This document shows, piece by piece, positions 25,077 through 36,434 of a stretch of DNA of 64,000 nt. The stretch's first letter is position 1. Each line of letters begins with the position of its first letter. This DNA is from Squalus acanthias. Taxonomy: Eukaryota. The position numbers and the translations under genes are program-made. The stretch is taken from contig CM059431.1 in assembly GCA_030390025.1 (NCBI GenBank), forward strand, positions 101,000,001-101,064,000, given 5' to 3'. The notes beneath the pieces are model-generated. The model made no database searches and was not told the DNA's origin. It saw nothing but the letters and a program-made list of their open reading frames with translations.

Positions 25077-25113
25077 AGTTCTGACGAAAGGTCATCGACC
25101 TGAAACGTTAACT
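25077..25113 (+). ncRNA. Minimal type I hammerhead ribozyme motif in a PLE pLTR
   Basis: AGTT-CTGACGA-A-AGGTC(ATC)GACCT-GAAA-CGTT-AACT: stem I, core, stem II and a palindromic ACGT stem III. Confidence 0.8.
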
Positions 25114-25480
25114 CTCTTTCTCTCTCCACGGATGCTGCCTGGCCTGCTGAGTTTTTCCAGCGTTTTCTGTTGTTATATTATATAAATGCAAGTTGTTTTT
25201 TCTTGTGTGACTCCAGTGTCACTCTACGCGTTTGACTCCTAATGGCTACAGGTCAATCAATGCTGCCTTGCTGGTGTCATCCACATCCCAAGTACAAAGT
25301 AGAAAGAAAGCAAGGCAGAGGGGTTTAGGGAGAGCACTCCAGAGTCTGAGATGGCTGTAGGCTCAGTACCAAAGATCAAGCAGAGGAACAAAGGGTGCAA
25401 AGGTTATCAAAGTTGGAAATGTGAAGGCTTTGACAAAAGTATTTATTGGATTCTTTCTTACTGGTCAGAGCGCACATAAA

Positions 25481-25938
25481 AAGAAAGAAGGGACTTGCAA
25501 TTATACAGCACCTGTCACGTCCTCTGGACGTCGCAAAGCACTTTACAGCCAATGAAGTACATTGCGAAGCGTAGTCACTGTTGTAATGTAGGGAACACGA
25601 CAGCCAATTTGTGCACAGCAAACTCCCACAAACAGCAATGTGATAAGGACCAGATAATCTGTTTTACTGATGTTGGTTGAGGGATAAATGTCAGCCAGGA
25701 CACCGGGTAGAACTCCTCTGCTCTTCTTCAAAATAGTGCAGTGGGATATTTTACATCCACCTGAGAGGGCAGATGGGGCCTCGGTTTAATGCCTCATCCA
25801 AAAGACGGCACCTCCAACAGTGCAACGCTCCCTCAGTACTGCACTGGGAGTGTCGGCCTAGATTTTGTGCTCAGGTCTCTGGAGTGGGATTTGAACCCAC
25901 AACCTTCTGACTCAGAGGCGAGTGTGCTGCCCACTGAG
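25481..25938 (-). mobile_element. DeuSINE
   Basis: Head, core and tail present. Confidence 0.85.
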
Positions 25939-26544
25939 TTTGGAGATAGAACAGTGGGTTGGAAAGATCAAGAGTGTTTTTTTTTAATAAGAGTTGTGAT
26001 TGCCGTAGTCTTGAAGGGCATAGGCACAAAACCTGAGGAGAGTGAGTCACTGACTATGTCAATGAGAGTTGGTCCGAGGAGGGGGAATTATGTGATTGAA
26101 GAGTTGGATCGATATGGGCTCGATGGCCAAGAAGGTGGGTCTTATGGGGGGGGGGGCTCTATTTTTGCTTAGGGCTGGAGGGGGAGAAGATGGGGCAGAA
26201 AATGCAGAGTGATATGGGGTCAGGGCAGGCGGACGTGGCTGAGCCAGCCAACCAGAAGGATCTCAATTTCTGAAACAACTGAATCCATTAATTCCTCATC
26301 ATTTGATGCTGTCAGTGAAGATGGGTGGGGGGGGAGGGGGTGATGAGCAGAGCATGGGATCAGAGGAAGCAGTTTGTCACTGAAAAGAGGAGCACAGGAT
26401 TGGACTTAGTTTTCTGGGAGGATTTGGACATGAAGGCCCTGGTTTGTGCTGAGGTAGCTGATCTTGCCCATGGTGGCCATGAGGTTGCTACAACTGTATT
26501 AATCATCCTCGTGCCCAGACAGTACCTGGACAGTGCTAACGCTT

Positions 26545-26970
26545 CGATGTTAAAATTCTCATCCCTGTTTTCAAATCCCTCCATGGCCTCGCCTCTCCCT
26601 ATCTCTGTAACCTCCTCCAGCCCTACAACCCTCCCGGATCTCTGTGCTCCACCAATTCTGGCCTCTTGCACATCCCCGCTTTTCATTCCCCGACCATTGG
26701 CAGCCGTGCCTTCACCTGCCTGGGCCCTGAGCTCTGGAATTCCCTCCCTAAGCCACTCTGCCTCCTTTAAGACGCTCCTTAAAACCTACCTCTTTGACTA
26801 AGCTTTTTGATCTCCTGTTCCAATATCTTATGTGGCTTGGTGTTAAATTTTGATCGATTCCGCTCCTGCGAAGTGCCTTGGGACGTTTTACTACATTAAA
26901 GTCGCTATATAAATGCATGTTGTTGTTGTTTTTGTTGGCGCTATATAAATGCAAGTCGTTGTTGTTGCTA
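26545..26970 (+). mobile_element. L2 3' fragment with duplicated tail
   Basis: gctatataaatgca...(ttg)n occurs twice, at ~26905 and ~26940. Confidence 0.85.
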
Positions 26971-27169
26971 GGGAGAGGGAAAAAATTGGTTAGGAGTCCC
27001 ATTCGGTACATCCAATGGTGCATTTACTTATTAAGCCACCTTGCAGCTCATGTTAACATCGGGCATTATCCTCTTGGACAATATTATCTGTCCAGGTGCA
27101 TCAAGCAACCAAGAAGAAAGAAAAAGTCAACAGTTAGCAGGCTTATGGTGATGCGATCTTCCTGGCCGC

Positions 27170-27680
27170 AATGCTCCATCTCACCCTCAGTAAGCTCCCC
27201 GCTGGAGTGGAGCTAATCTACAGAACAAACGGGAAACTGTTCAACCTCTGTCGCCTCCAGTCCAGATCCAAGGTCGTCCCATCCTCTGTCATTGAATTAC
27301 AGTATGCAGACGACACTTGCGTCTGCACACACTCTGAGGCCGAACTCCAAACCATCGTCAACACCTTCACCAAAGCGTACGAGAGCATGGGCCTTACACT
27401 AAACATCCGTAAGACAAAGGTCCTCTACCAACCTGCCCCCACCACACAGTACTGCTCCCCGATTATCAAAATCCATGATGAGGCCTTGGACAACGTGGAC
27501 CTCGAGTCTCTTCGCCGGGAGCAAGCGGAAGCCAAGCGCAAACAGCGGAAGGAGCGCACGTCAACCCAAGCACCCCACCCACCCGCCGTCTACCCCACCT
27601 GTGACAGAGACTGTAGGTCCCGCATTAGACTCATCAGTCACCTGAGAATTCATTTTTAGTGTGGAAGCAAGTCAAGAAGA
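27170..27680 (+). mobile_element. RTE-clade LINE fragment with internal deletion
   Basis: YRTNGKLFNL..LQYADD RT peptide joined to a C-terminal Zn-finger relic (PTCDRDCRSRIRLISHLRIH). Confidence 0.8.
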
Positions 27681-27746
27681 AGAGAAGAGAAGGTGATGCT
27701 GTTGAACATTCAGCATCAACGCAAAGTGGAGAAACAAGAAATTCAC

Positions 27747-27828
27747 CTCACACTTGCAAAGTGCTTAAAAGGTATCGTGGTTGATATAATGATACACTTC
27801 ATGCAGTTACTCAGTGAGGATTTCCTCA
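27747..27828 (-). other. Candidate 82-nt exon
   Basis: Acceptor ttaattaaccttgcag| and donor GAG|gtgaat. Confidence 0.3.
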
Positions 27829-28485
27829 CTGCAAGGTTAATTAATGTAATCATTGCAGTTGATTGTGGGAAATCACCACAGTTGTTAATTGGAAAACTAC
27901 AACTTAAAACCTTACTTGAAACTGAATTTGCGGGAGGACAGGGGTAGGAGAGACAGGGGTGGAGAGAATTAACCATGTAGCAACATTGAAGTCTCACAAT
28001 AGCTTTATTCAATCCTATTTGCACATAAACAAAGGAATTGACACCTTCAGGGAGCAGCTTTAATAACTTCTGCAAGTATTTAGGAAGAAATGATTGCTGA
28101 GAAGATTGACTGATAATTGGTTCAACTGAATAATAGCACTTAACAAGATAATCAAGGATGCTTTAAATATATATATGACTTTTGTGTGAGAAGTGGGATC
28201 TAATTTTGTAGAGATGATTTCCTTTTCCATAAAAGTATGGAAAGTTACAAGCTGTATCACAAACTATTTTAACAATACTTGCACAGGCCAGATTTGAATC
28301 ACTGACAGGACTTGCAAAAGCTTTTAAATGTTGTGTTTAACTGCACAGTAAGAGTGTTGTAAAGTCTGATGCATTCATAAAATGCAGCTTAAAGCAGTGC
28401 AATTTCAATATGAAATAAAATGAGTAAGCGGACGATTGCTTTGGTTCACGTGAACATAGCACCAAATGGTGATGTAGGAATCTAC

Positions 28486-28566
28486 CTGTGAGGGGTGCCA
28501 GAAGTAACAGACGCTGGACTGGAAACATTCTACAAAATAGTTCGAGCTCCATGCTGTTAGTTTTCA
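28486..28566 (-). other. Candidate 81-nt exon
   Basis: Acceptor taatttttcag| and donor CAG|gtagat. Confidence 0.3.
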
Positions 28567-28794
28567 CTGAAAAATTACTTGTTTCTTATGTCCTTCATTT
28601 TTTTCAAATATTATCCAAAATCTCACTCTTGTTTTTTTTTAATATGCTGTCATTAAAAACACGGTGTCTCTATATTTAAAAAATCTGAACATGCTGCTTC
28701 CACCTTCCCTAAAATCCACATGTTCCATTTGTGCCCTGAAATAATTCTATTAAGGGATTTAAGAGAAATACATTTGCCCGACATATATTCACAC

Positions 28795-29205
28795 TGAAGG
28801 CTTGGGGTTCAAGTCCCATCCAGGATGAGAGCACATAAATCTAGACTGATACTTCAATGCAGTACAGAGGGAGTGCTGCACTGTCGGAAGTGCATCTGTT
28901 GTTTGTGTTAAATTGAATGCCTGGCTGCCTGTATAGGTGGACGTAAAAGACCCAATGGCAATATTTGAATAGGCGCAGGGAATTCTCCTAGTGCCCTGTC
29001 CAACATTCCTCCTTCAATCACCACCAACATTAACTGATCATTCATCTCAATTGCTGTTTGTGGGATCTTGCTGTGTGTAAATTGGCTACTGTGCTTGCCT
29101 ATATAACAATGGTGACCACACTTCGAAAGTAATTCATCGAATGTGAAGTGCTTTGGGACATCCCAAAGATATAGTAAGAGATGATATAAATGCAAGTGTT
29201 TTCTT
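28795..29205 (+). mobile_element. Diverged DeuSINE
   Basis: B box, Deu core and tail. Confidence 0.8.
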
Positions 29206-29509
29206 TCTCTACTTTGACACAAATACTGTGACATACACACTCTCTTTTCCCTAACTGTGTAACAATGTTTTCTCTAATCTCAACCAAACTTCTGTCTTCC
29301 ATATTTTTCTTTCCAATTTTTATCCAGTTTTGAAAAGACCGGAGTAAAGAGCAAGAAAATTGCTGGGAATTTAAAAAACTGAAAATAAGGGCTGTAATAA
29401 TGGTTAAGATACAGATTCATTAATTCTATCTGATATCAAGTTTAAACATATAATTGTTAAATTTACATTTACAATTATTTCATGCTGCAGGCTGGGAATG
29501 TTCTTACAG

Positions 29510-30183
29510 GTTCCGATCCCACACCCTCTCCATCACCAAGACCGTCTACTTCCACCTCCGTACCATCGTCCGTCTCCGCCCCTGCCTCAGCTCATCCGCT
29601 GCTGAAACCCTCATCCATGCCTTTGTTACCTCTAGACTTGACTATTCCAACACACTCCTGGCTGGCCTCCCACCTTGCCCCCTCTGTAAACTTGCGCTCA
29701 TCCAAAGGTCTGCTGCCTGTATCCTAACTCGCACCATTCACTCATCACCCCTGCACTCGTTGACCTACACTGGCTCCCGGTCCAGCAACACCTCGATTTT
29801 AAAATTTTCATCGTTATTTTCAAATTCCTGCACGGCCTTCCCCCTCCCTATCTCTGTAACCTCCTCCAGCCCCACAACCCTCTGGGATCTCTGCGCTCCT
29901 CCAATTCTGGCCTCTTGCGCATCCCCCAATTTTCATCGCTCCACCGCTGGCAGGCCTGCCTTCAGCTGCCTGGGCCCTAAGCTCTGGAAATTCCTCCATA
30001 AACCTCTCCGCCTCTCTCTCCTCCTTTAAGACGCTCCTTAATACCTACCTCTTTGACCACGCCTGTCCTAATATCTCTTTATGTGGTTCAGTGTCAAATT
30101 TTATTCGATAATGCTCCTGTGCAGCGCCTTGGGACGTTTTGCTAAATTAAAGGCACTATATAAATGCAAGTTGTTTTTGTTGT
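29510..30183 (+). mobile_element. L2 3' fragment
   Basis: AFVTSRLDYSN peptide; L2 tail. Confidence 0.88.
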
Positions 30184-30449
30184 AGTACATACAAGATTTT
30201 CCCACAATCTGATGTGGAAGGGAGGGAATACTGTGACCATTGGAGTTTTGTTACGTGGTCTAATGTACCCTATGCCATAAGATTGGCAATAGCTTTTCTT
30301 TTGCATCACATGATACTATTTTCATCTTCAAATTTCAATAGGAAGCCTCGGCATTAAAGAAACAGACTAGTTCAATTCAGTGTTAGTGTCCAAACCTTTT
30401 GTGTTTGTGGCCATTTAGTTGCGTACCATGAAGCTTTCTGAACCACGTA

Positions 30450-31635
30450 TAGAATGATACAGCACAGAAGGAGGCCATTCAGCCCATCGGGCGTGTGCCG
30501 ACTCTCTGAAAGAGCTATCCAATTAGCTCCACTCCCCCTGCTCTTTCACCATAGCCCTGCAAATTTTTCCTTTTCAAGTCTATATCCAATTCTCTTTTGA
30601 TAGTTACTATTGAATCTGCTTCCACCACCCTTTCCAGATCATAGCAACTCGGCACATAAAAAAATTCTCCTCGTCTCCCCCTGGTTCTTTGGCCAATTAC
30701 CTTAGATCTCTGTCCTCTGGTTACCAGCCCTCCTGCCAGTGAAAACAGTTTCTCCCTATTTACTCTATCACACAAGTGCCAGGCAACGACTATCTCCAAC
30801 AAGAGAGCGTCTAACCACTGGCCCTTGACATTCAACGGTATTACCATCACCGAATCACCAGGGGGGTCATCATTGACCAGAAACTTCACTGGACCAGCCA
30901 CATAAATACTGTGACTACAAGAGCAGGTCAGAGGCTGGGTATTCTGCAGCGAGTGACTCACCTCCTGACCCCCCCAAAACCTTTCCACCATCTAGAAGGC
31001 ACAAGTCAGGAGTGTGATGGAATACTCTCTACTTGCCTGGATGAGTGCAGCTCCAACAACACTCAAGAAGCTCAACACCATCCAGGACAAAGCAGCCCGC
31101 TTGATTGGCACCCCATCTACCACCTTAAACATTAACTCCCTCCACCACCGGCGCACCGTGGCTGCAGTGTGTACCATCTACAAGATGCACTGCAGCAACT
31201 CGCTAAGGCTTCTTCGACAGCACCTCCCAAACCCGCGACCTCTCCCACCTAGAAGGACAAGGGCAGCAGGTGCTTGGGAACACTACTACCTCCAAGATCC
31301 CCTCCAAGTCACACACCATCCTGACTTGGAAATATATTGCTGTTCCTTCATCGTCACTGAGTCAAAATCCTAGAACTCCCTCCCTAACAGCACTGTGGGA
31401 ATACCTTCACCACACAGACTGCAGCGGTTCAAGAAGGCGGCTCACCACCACCTTCTGAAGGGCAATTAGGGATGGGCAATAAATGCTGGTTTTGCCAGTG
31501 ACACCCACATCCCAAGAACGAATTAAAAAAAAACTTAAAATTTTGAACACCTCCCCTTAACCTTCTCTGCTCGAAGGAGAACAATCCCAGCTTCTCTAAT
31601 CTCTCCACATAACTGAAGTCCCTCATCCCTGGTAT
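30450..31635. mobile_element. CR1 fragment (-) interrupted by the second LINE family (+, ~30775-31530)
   Basis: MEYS..AWMSAAPTTLKKL..IQDKAARLI peptide flanked by collinear CR1 pieces. Confidence 0.8.
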
Positions 31636-31957
31636 AATATAAAGTTTACATTAATGTTCCCATTAATTAGCATATAGTTAATGCTGCCAATACCAACAAA
31701 TCTTCATATTTTAATTAAAGGTTTATCCACTAATGGGACAACTTTCCTGAGACTCCATAATTCCAGATGTCCAGCCAGGCCCACGTAATTCAAAAAGGAT
31801 AAACCAGTGAATAAGAAACATAAGCATAAATAGAAATTAATTTGTCTGTACTTTAATGGGCTGAATTATCAGGGCTCAGGGCCCATAGTTTATACAGCCC
31901 TGGTGTAATGGAAAGCAACATAAAAACATGACATTCGAAATACTATTGTATGACATC

Positions 31958-33075
31958 AACAACCACTTGCATTTATATAGCGCCTTTAACGAAGTAAAAC
32001 GTCCCAAGGGGCTTCACAGGAGCGTTATCAAACAAAATCTGACACCGAGCCACCTATTAGGACAGGTGACCCAAAAGCTTGGTCAAAGAGGTAGGTTTTA
32101 AGGAGCGTCTTAAAGGAGGAAAGAGAGGTGGAGAGGCGGAGAGGTTTAGGGAGGGAATTCCAGAGCTTAGGGCCTAGGCAGCTGAAGGCACGGCCGCCAA
32201 AGGTGGAGCGATGGAAATCGGGGATGCTCAAGAGGCCAGAATTAGAGCAGCGCAGAGATCTCGGAGGGTTGTAGGGCTGGAGATTACAGAGATAGGGAGG
32301 AGCGAGGCCATGGAGGGATTTGAAAACAAGGATGAGAATTTTAAAATCGAGGCATTGCTTAACCGGGAGCCAATGTAGGTCAGCGAGCACAGGGGAGATG
32401 GGTGAACGGGACTTGGTGCGAGTTAGGACACGGGCAGCTGAGTTTTGGATGACCTCAAGTTTACGGAGGGTAGAATGTGGGAGGCCGGCCAGGAGTGCGT
32501 TGGAATAGTCACGTCTAGAGGTAACAAAGGCAGGGATGAGGGTTTCAGCAGCGGATGAGCTGGGGCAAGGGCGGAGTCGGACGATGTTACGGAGCTGGAG
32601 ATAGGCCTTCTTAGTGATGGCGCAGATATGTGGTCGGAAGCTCAGCTCAGGGACAAATATGACACTAAGGTTGCAAACAGTCTGGTTCAGCCTCAGTCAG
32701 TTGCTAGGAAGAGGGATGGAATCGGTGGCTAGGGAACGGAGCTCGTGGCGGGGACCAAAGAGAATGGGTTTGGTTTTCCCAATATTTAGTTGGAGGAAAT
32801 TTCTGCTCATCCAGTACTGGATGTCGGACAAGCAGTCTGACAATTTAGAGACAGTGGAGGGATCGAGAGAGTTGGTGGTGGTGAGGTAGAGCTGGGTATT
32901 GTCAGTGTATATGTGGAAACTAACGCTGTGTTTACGGAAGATGTCTCAGAGAAGCAGTTTGCAGATGAGAAATAGGAGGAGGCCAAGGATAGATCCTTGG
33001 GGGACACGAGAGGGAACGGTGCAGGAGCGGGAAGAGAAGCCATTGCAGGTGATTCTCTGGCTACAACTGGATAGA
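31958..33075 (-). mobile_element. L2 3' fragment
   Basis: LHWLPVKQ..DFKIL peptide; L2 tail. Confidence 0.9.
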
Positions 33076-33339
33076 GCACAGTCAAAGGATACTTCACAAA
33101 GTTGTCTATTTAGCAATAACAAAAGATACGTCCAACTTTTTTGCTCTGTCAGTATGTATTATCATTGAAAGAGGTTAATACATTGAAAGTTTTACTGATG
33201 GTCATTTCAATTTCTCCACACTTTGGCTTCTTTAGCAAATGCTGCCAAAACAAAATTAGACATGTTCATCATGAAGAAAGGCCACAATGATAAAAGATTT
33301 AATATCTGGCAGGTATTCTAAATTATAAAGATGTATACA

Positions 33340-33630
33340 AGAAAGAAAGACTTGCATTTATATAGCACCTATCATGACCTCAGGATGTCCTAAAGCACTT
33401 TACAGCCAATGAAGTACTTTTACAAAGTGTAGTCACTGTTGTAATGTAAGGAAACACGGCAGCCAATTTGCGCACAGCAAGATCCCACAAACAGCAATGT
33501 GATAATGACCAGATAATCTGTTTTAGTGATGTTGGTTGAGGGATAAATAGTGGCCCCAGGACCCCGGGGAAAACTCCCCTGGCTCTTCTTCCAATACTGT
33601 CACGGATCTTTTATGCCATGAAGTGGGACT
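33340..33630 (-). mobile_element. DeuSINE, partial
   Basis: Tail and core sequence. Confidence 0.8.
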
Positions 33631-35209
33631 TGAAATAAATTTGAGGGAATAATCCAGCATCACAACATGAAAGCACACAACTGTCTTACTGCCATGTAGT
33701 TCACTTATACGTATCCATCATCCTCTATAAAAGTATTGCTGAGTAAATTCGCAGTCTTTAGTTGTTCATGTAACAGAGATCAGCATAATGTTTCACCTGT
33801 TAATTCTTCAAGAATTAGCGCAGTAAAGTTAAATCCGAAAAAAATGCAGCAACTCCGCTTTAAAAGTATTTATAATTTATTGATGCGCCTAAACTAAGCA
33901 GCTATTGTGATAGATTTCCATTTTATAATTGACTTCCGTTGGATTCCAATTTAACCTATTTATGTACAAGAAGCAGTTGCTCAAACTGTTCATGTTCTAA
34001 ATTTGCAATGAACAAAACAAGTAATCCTCTGCTTTGCTAACTGAGTTGTGCCACTGGCCATGCAGGAAATTCAGCACTCGATCAGTTAACCCAAACTGAG
34101 AAGGAAAGAAAAGATCTGCAGGAGTCTAAGTGACTAGGCTTAATTGGATATGTTGTAGGAAATAGATTACACTTCTGATTTTTATAACCTGTACTTTAAA
34201 GCTTTTGCAGGCCAAAAAAAAGGGGAAACTGCCCATTAACTTATCAGTTCCAGGCCTTGCCTTTTTAATTGACAACCTCAGGGCTACTTTCATCACTTGT
34301 CGACTTCATACTTGCAGTCAATTTTTTTTTCTCTTTGGGATATTACTTAATCTTTGGCATGATGGTGTTCCTGATACAATGCAGCCCGTGCTAGAAAGCA
34401 GGCAAGACATTCAAGCTTTGCAGAAAAAGAAAATATATCTTTCACAACGCATGCTTTTGCTGAACATGCATTATGCTTGCCTACATAACCAAAGTCAGTG
34501 AACGTCAAAGGCAATTCCCTGGCGAAGCACTTTGAGACTTTTTGACATAAGGTTCTATATAAATGCGAGCAAATACTGTTTTAAAAAATAATCAATGCTA
34601 AAAACCCAAATGATTACCCTTTTCTTTCTTTTATAACCAGACGCTCACATTTTATGTCGCTGCAGAACTGCAGCAGCACTCTAAAGTTCACATTCCTCAT
34701 CTGTCCAAGGCACTAATATCTTTGATGCTCTACTCCATTATCAATGTGACGTAAAGTTTATGTACAGTAATATCTTCTAGCACATGTCTCAATGCAGCCA
34801 CAACATGGCGTGACAGATGCTCCGTGTGCTCTTGCACTCAATTCTGTGTTGAGGATTAGCAGAGCCTCTGTAATTGGGACTTTGGAATGTCATCTGCCAT
34901 GAATTATATACACCTGGGAACATGGTTTGATGCCCAATATGGACAGATTTCAAACCGCGCTTTCTTTGTAATTGACATTTAAATTGTTTGAAGTTTCTCA
35001 TTAACTTCTTTTACAAATTAAGTGCAGATGTATATAACTTAACAGTGTACAGTACAAGGAAAATTGATGGTGGAATCACAATTTTTTATAAAATCCCGCA
35101 CCAGTGGATTTAACTCTTCTAATGCTGATGAGTCCTAAAATTCAGGAGCTCTGCATTCTTGCACGGATGTGCATTTTATCCTTGAGTTTAGGTAAATTCC
35201 CAACAGTTT

Positions 35210-35221
35210 GGCTCAGTGGGC

Positions 35222-35253
<32 letters not shown>

Positions 35254-35653
35254 GTTCAAGTCCCACTCCAGAGACTTGAGCACATAATCTAGGCTGACAC
35301 TCCCAGTGCAGTACTGAGGGAGTGCTGCACTGTCAGAGGTGCCGTCTTTCGGATGAAACGTTAAACCGAGGCCCCATCCGCTCTCTCAGGTGAACGTAAA
35401 AATGATCCCATGCCACTATTTCGAAGAACAGCAGGGGAGTTATCCCCAGTACCCTGGCCAATATTTATCCCTCAATCAACTGATTATCTGGTCATTATCA
35501 CATTGTTTGTGGGATCTTGCTGAGCGCAAATTGGCTGCTGCATTTCCTACATTACAACAGTGACTACACTTCTAAAGTACTTCATTGGCTGTAAAGCGCT
35601 TTGGGACGTCCTGAGGTTGTGAAAGGCACTATATAAATGCAAGTCTTTCTTTT
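35210..35653 (+). mobile_element. DeuSINE, full length
   Basis: A box tggctcagtgg, B box gggttcaagtcc, core and tail. Confidence 0.9.
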
Positions 35654-35719
35654 CAAAGTAATGAACATTAAAAAATTCTCTTCATTATAACTGAACAACA
35701 CTGTCTCTGTGCATCAGTT

Positions 35720-36040
35720 GCGAGATTCAGCCACGAAAGCCCCAGTTTCGATCTCCTGCCTGTGCTGAATTAGCTTTATTTCAGCCAGGCCAGCAGCTAG
35801 AAAAAAAGGGGGAAAATCATCCAGAGTTCTCGCTCCTAGTCAAACGCCTACTGCAATGCGCACGTGAGAGAGAACAGGATTGATCTCAGCTACGATACCC
35901 TCTGTGATTAGATGAACTTCCAACACTCACTGTCTAGCTCAAACATGCAGAGCAACCTCTAGGTGATGTATTTGAGTCCTCCTGCTAGCTGGTGGCAGTG
36001 AAGCTGTATTCCAGCATGAGTCAGGAGAGGAGGAAATACA
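35720..36040 (+). mobile_element. Old, diverged SINE-like family (related copies ~43950-44105 +, ~52800-53180 +, ~11465-11595 -, ~46670-46855 -)
   Basis: Shared blocks by eye, e.g. gatc..ggtctgtgctgagttag, ggctgtgatgccc, ccagcatgagtca..caggagagg. Confidence 0.5.
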
Positions 36041-36434
36041 ATGTGGGATGGGGGGGAATCACTATCTCCAGACAAATTTTCAACAAGTTTTGCTTAATCA
36101 ACATACAGTAAACTGTCATTTTCTTCCCCCCCACCACCGAAACCCCACAAAAAGGAATCAGCTTGTCAAAAAACATTGTATCATGTTGTCACAAGAGATA
36201 GTATGAAGGAAATCTAACCCCATTCCCAATGTACGTAGAATTTTACAGTACAGAAGGCGGCCATTTGGCCCATCGTGCCTGTGCCGGCTCTTTGAAAGAG
36301 CTCTCCAATTAGTCCCACTCACCCTGCTCTTTCCCCGTAGCCCTACAAATTTTCTCCCCTTCAAGTATTTATCCAATTGCCTTTTGAAAGTTACTATTGA
36401 ACTTGCTTCCACCGCCCTTTCAGACAGTGCACAG

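Larger units (their letters stand above)
24246..25176 (+). mobile_element. Penelope-like retroelement, 5'-truncated
   Basis: GIY-YIG endonuclease peptide (LVYCIRCSRCGLLYIGETKRRLGDRFAEH); 13-bp TSD ATTATATAAATGC (24233-45, 25177-89). Confidence 0.92.

Noticed and set aside
27970..28030. H/ACA-like 3' hairpin ending in ACA (similar at ~15265-15325)
   Set aside because: No convincing H box or 5' hairpin, and no match to a snoRNA I recognise.
35210..35285. tRNA gene
   Set aside because: This is the tRNA-derived head of a DeuSINE and continues into the SINE body; the same holds for the other copies.
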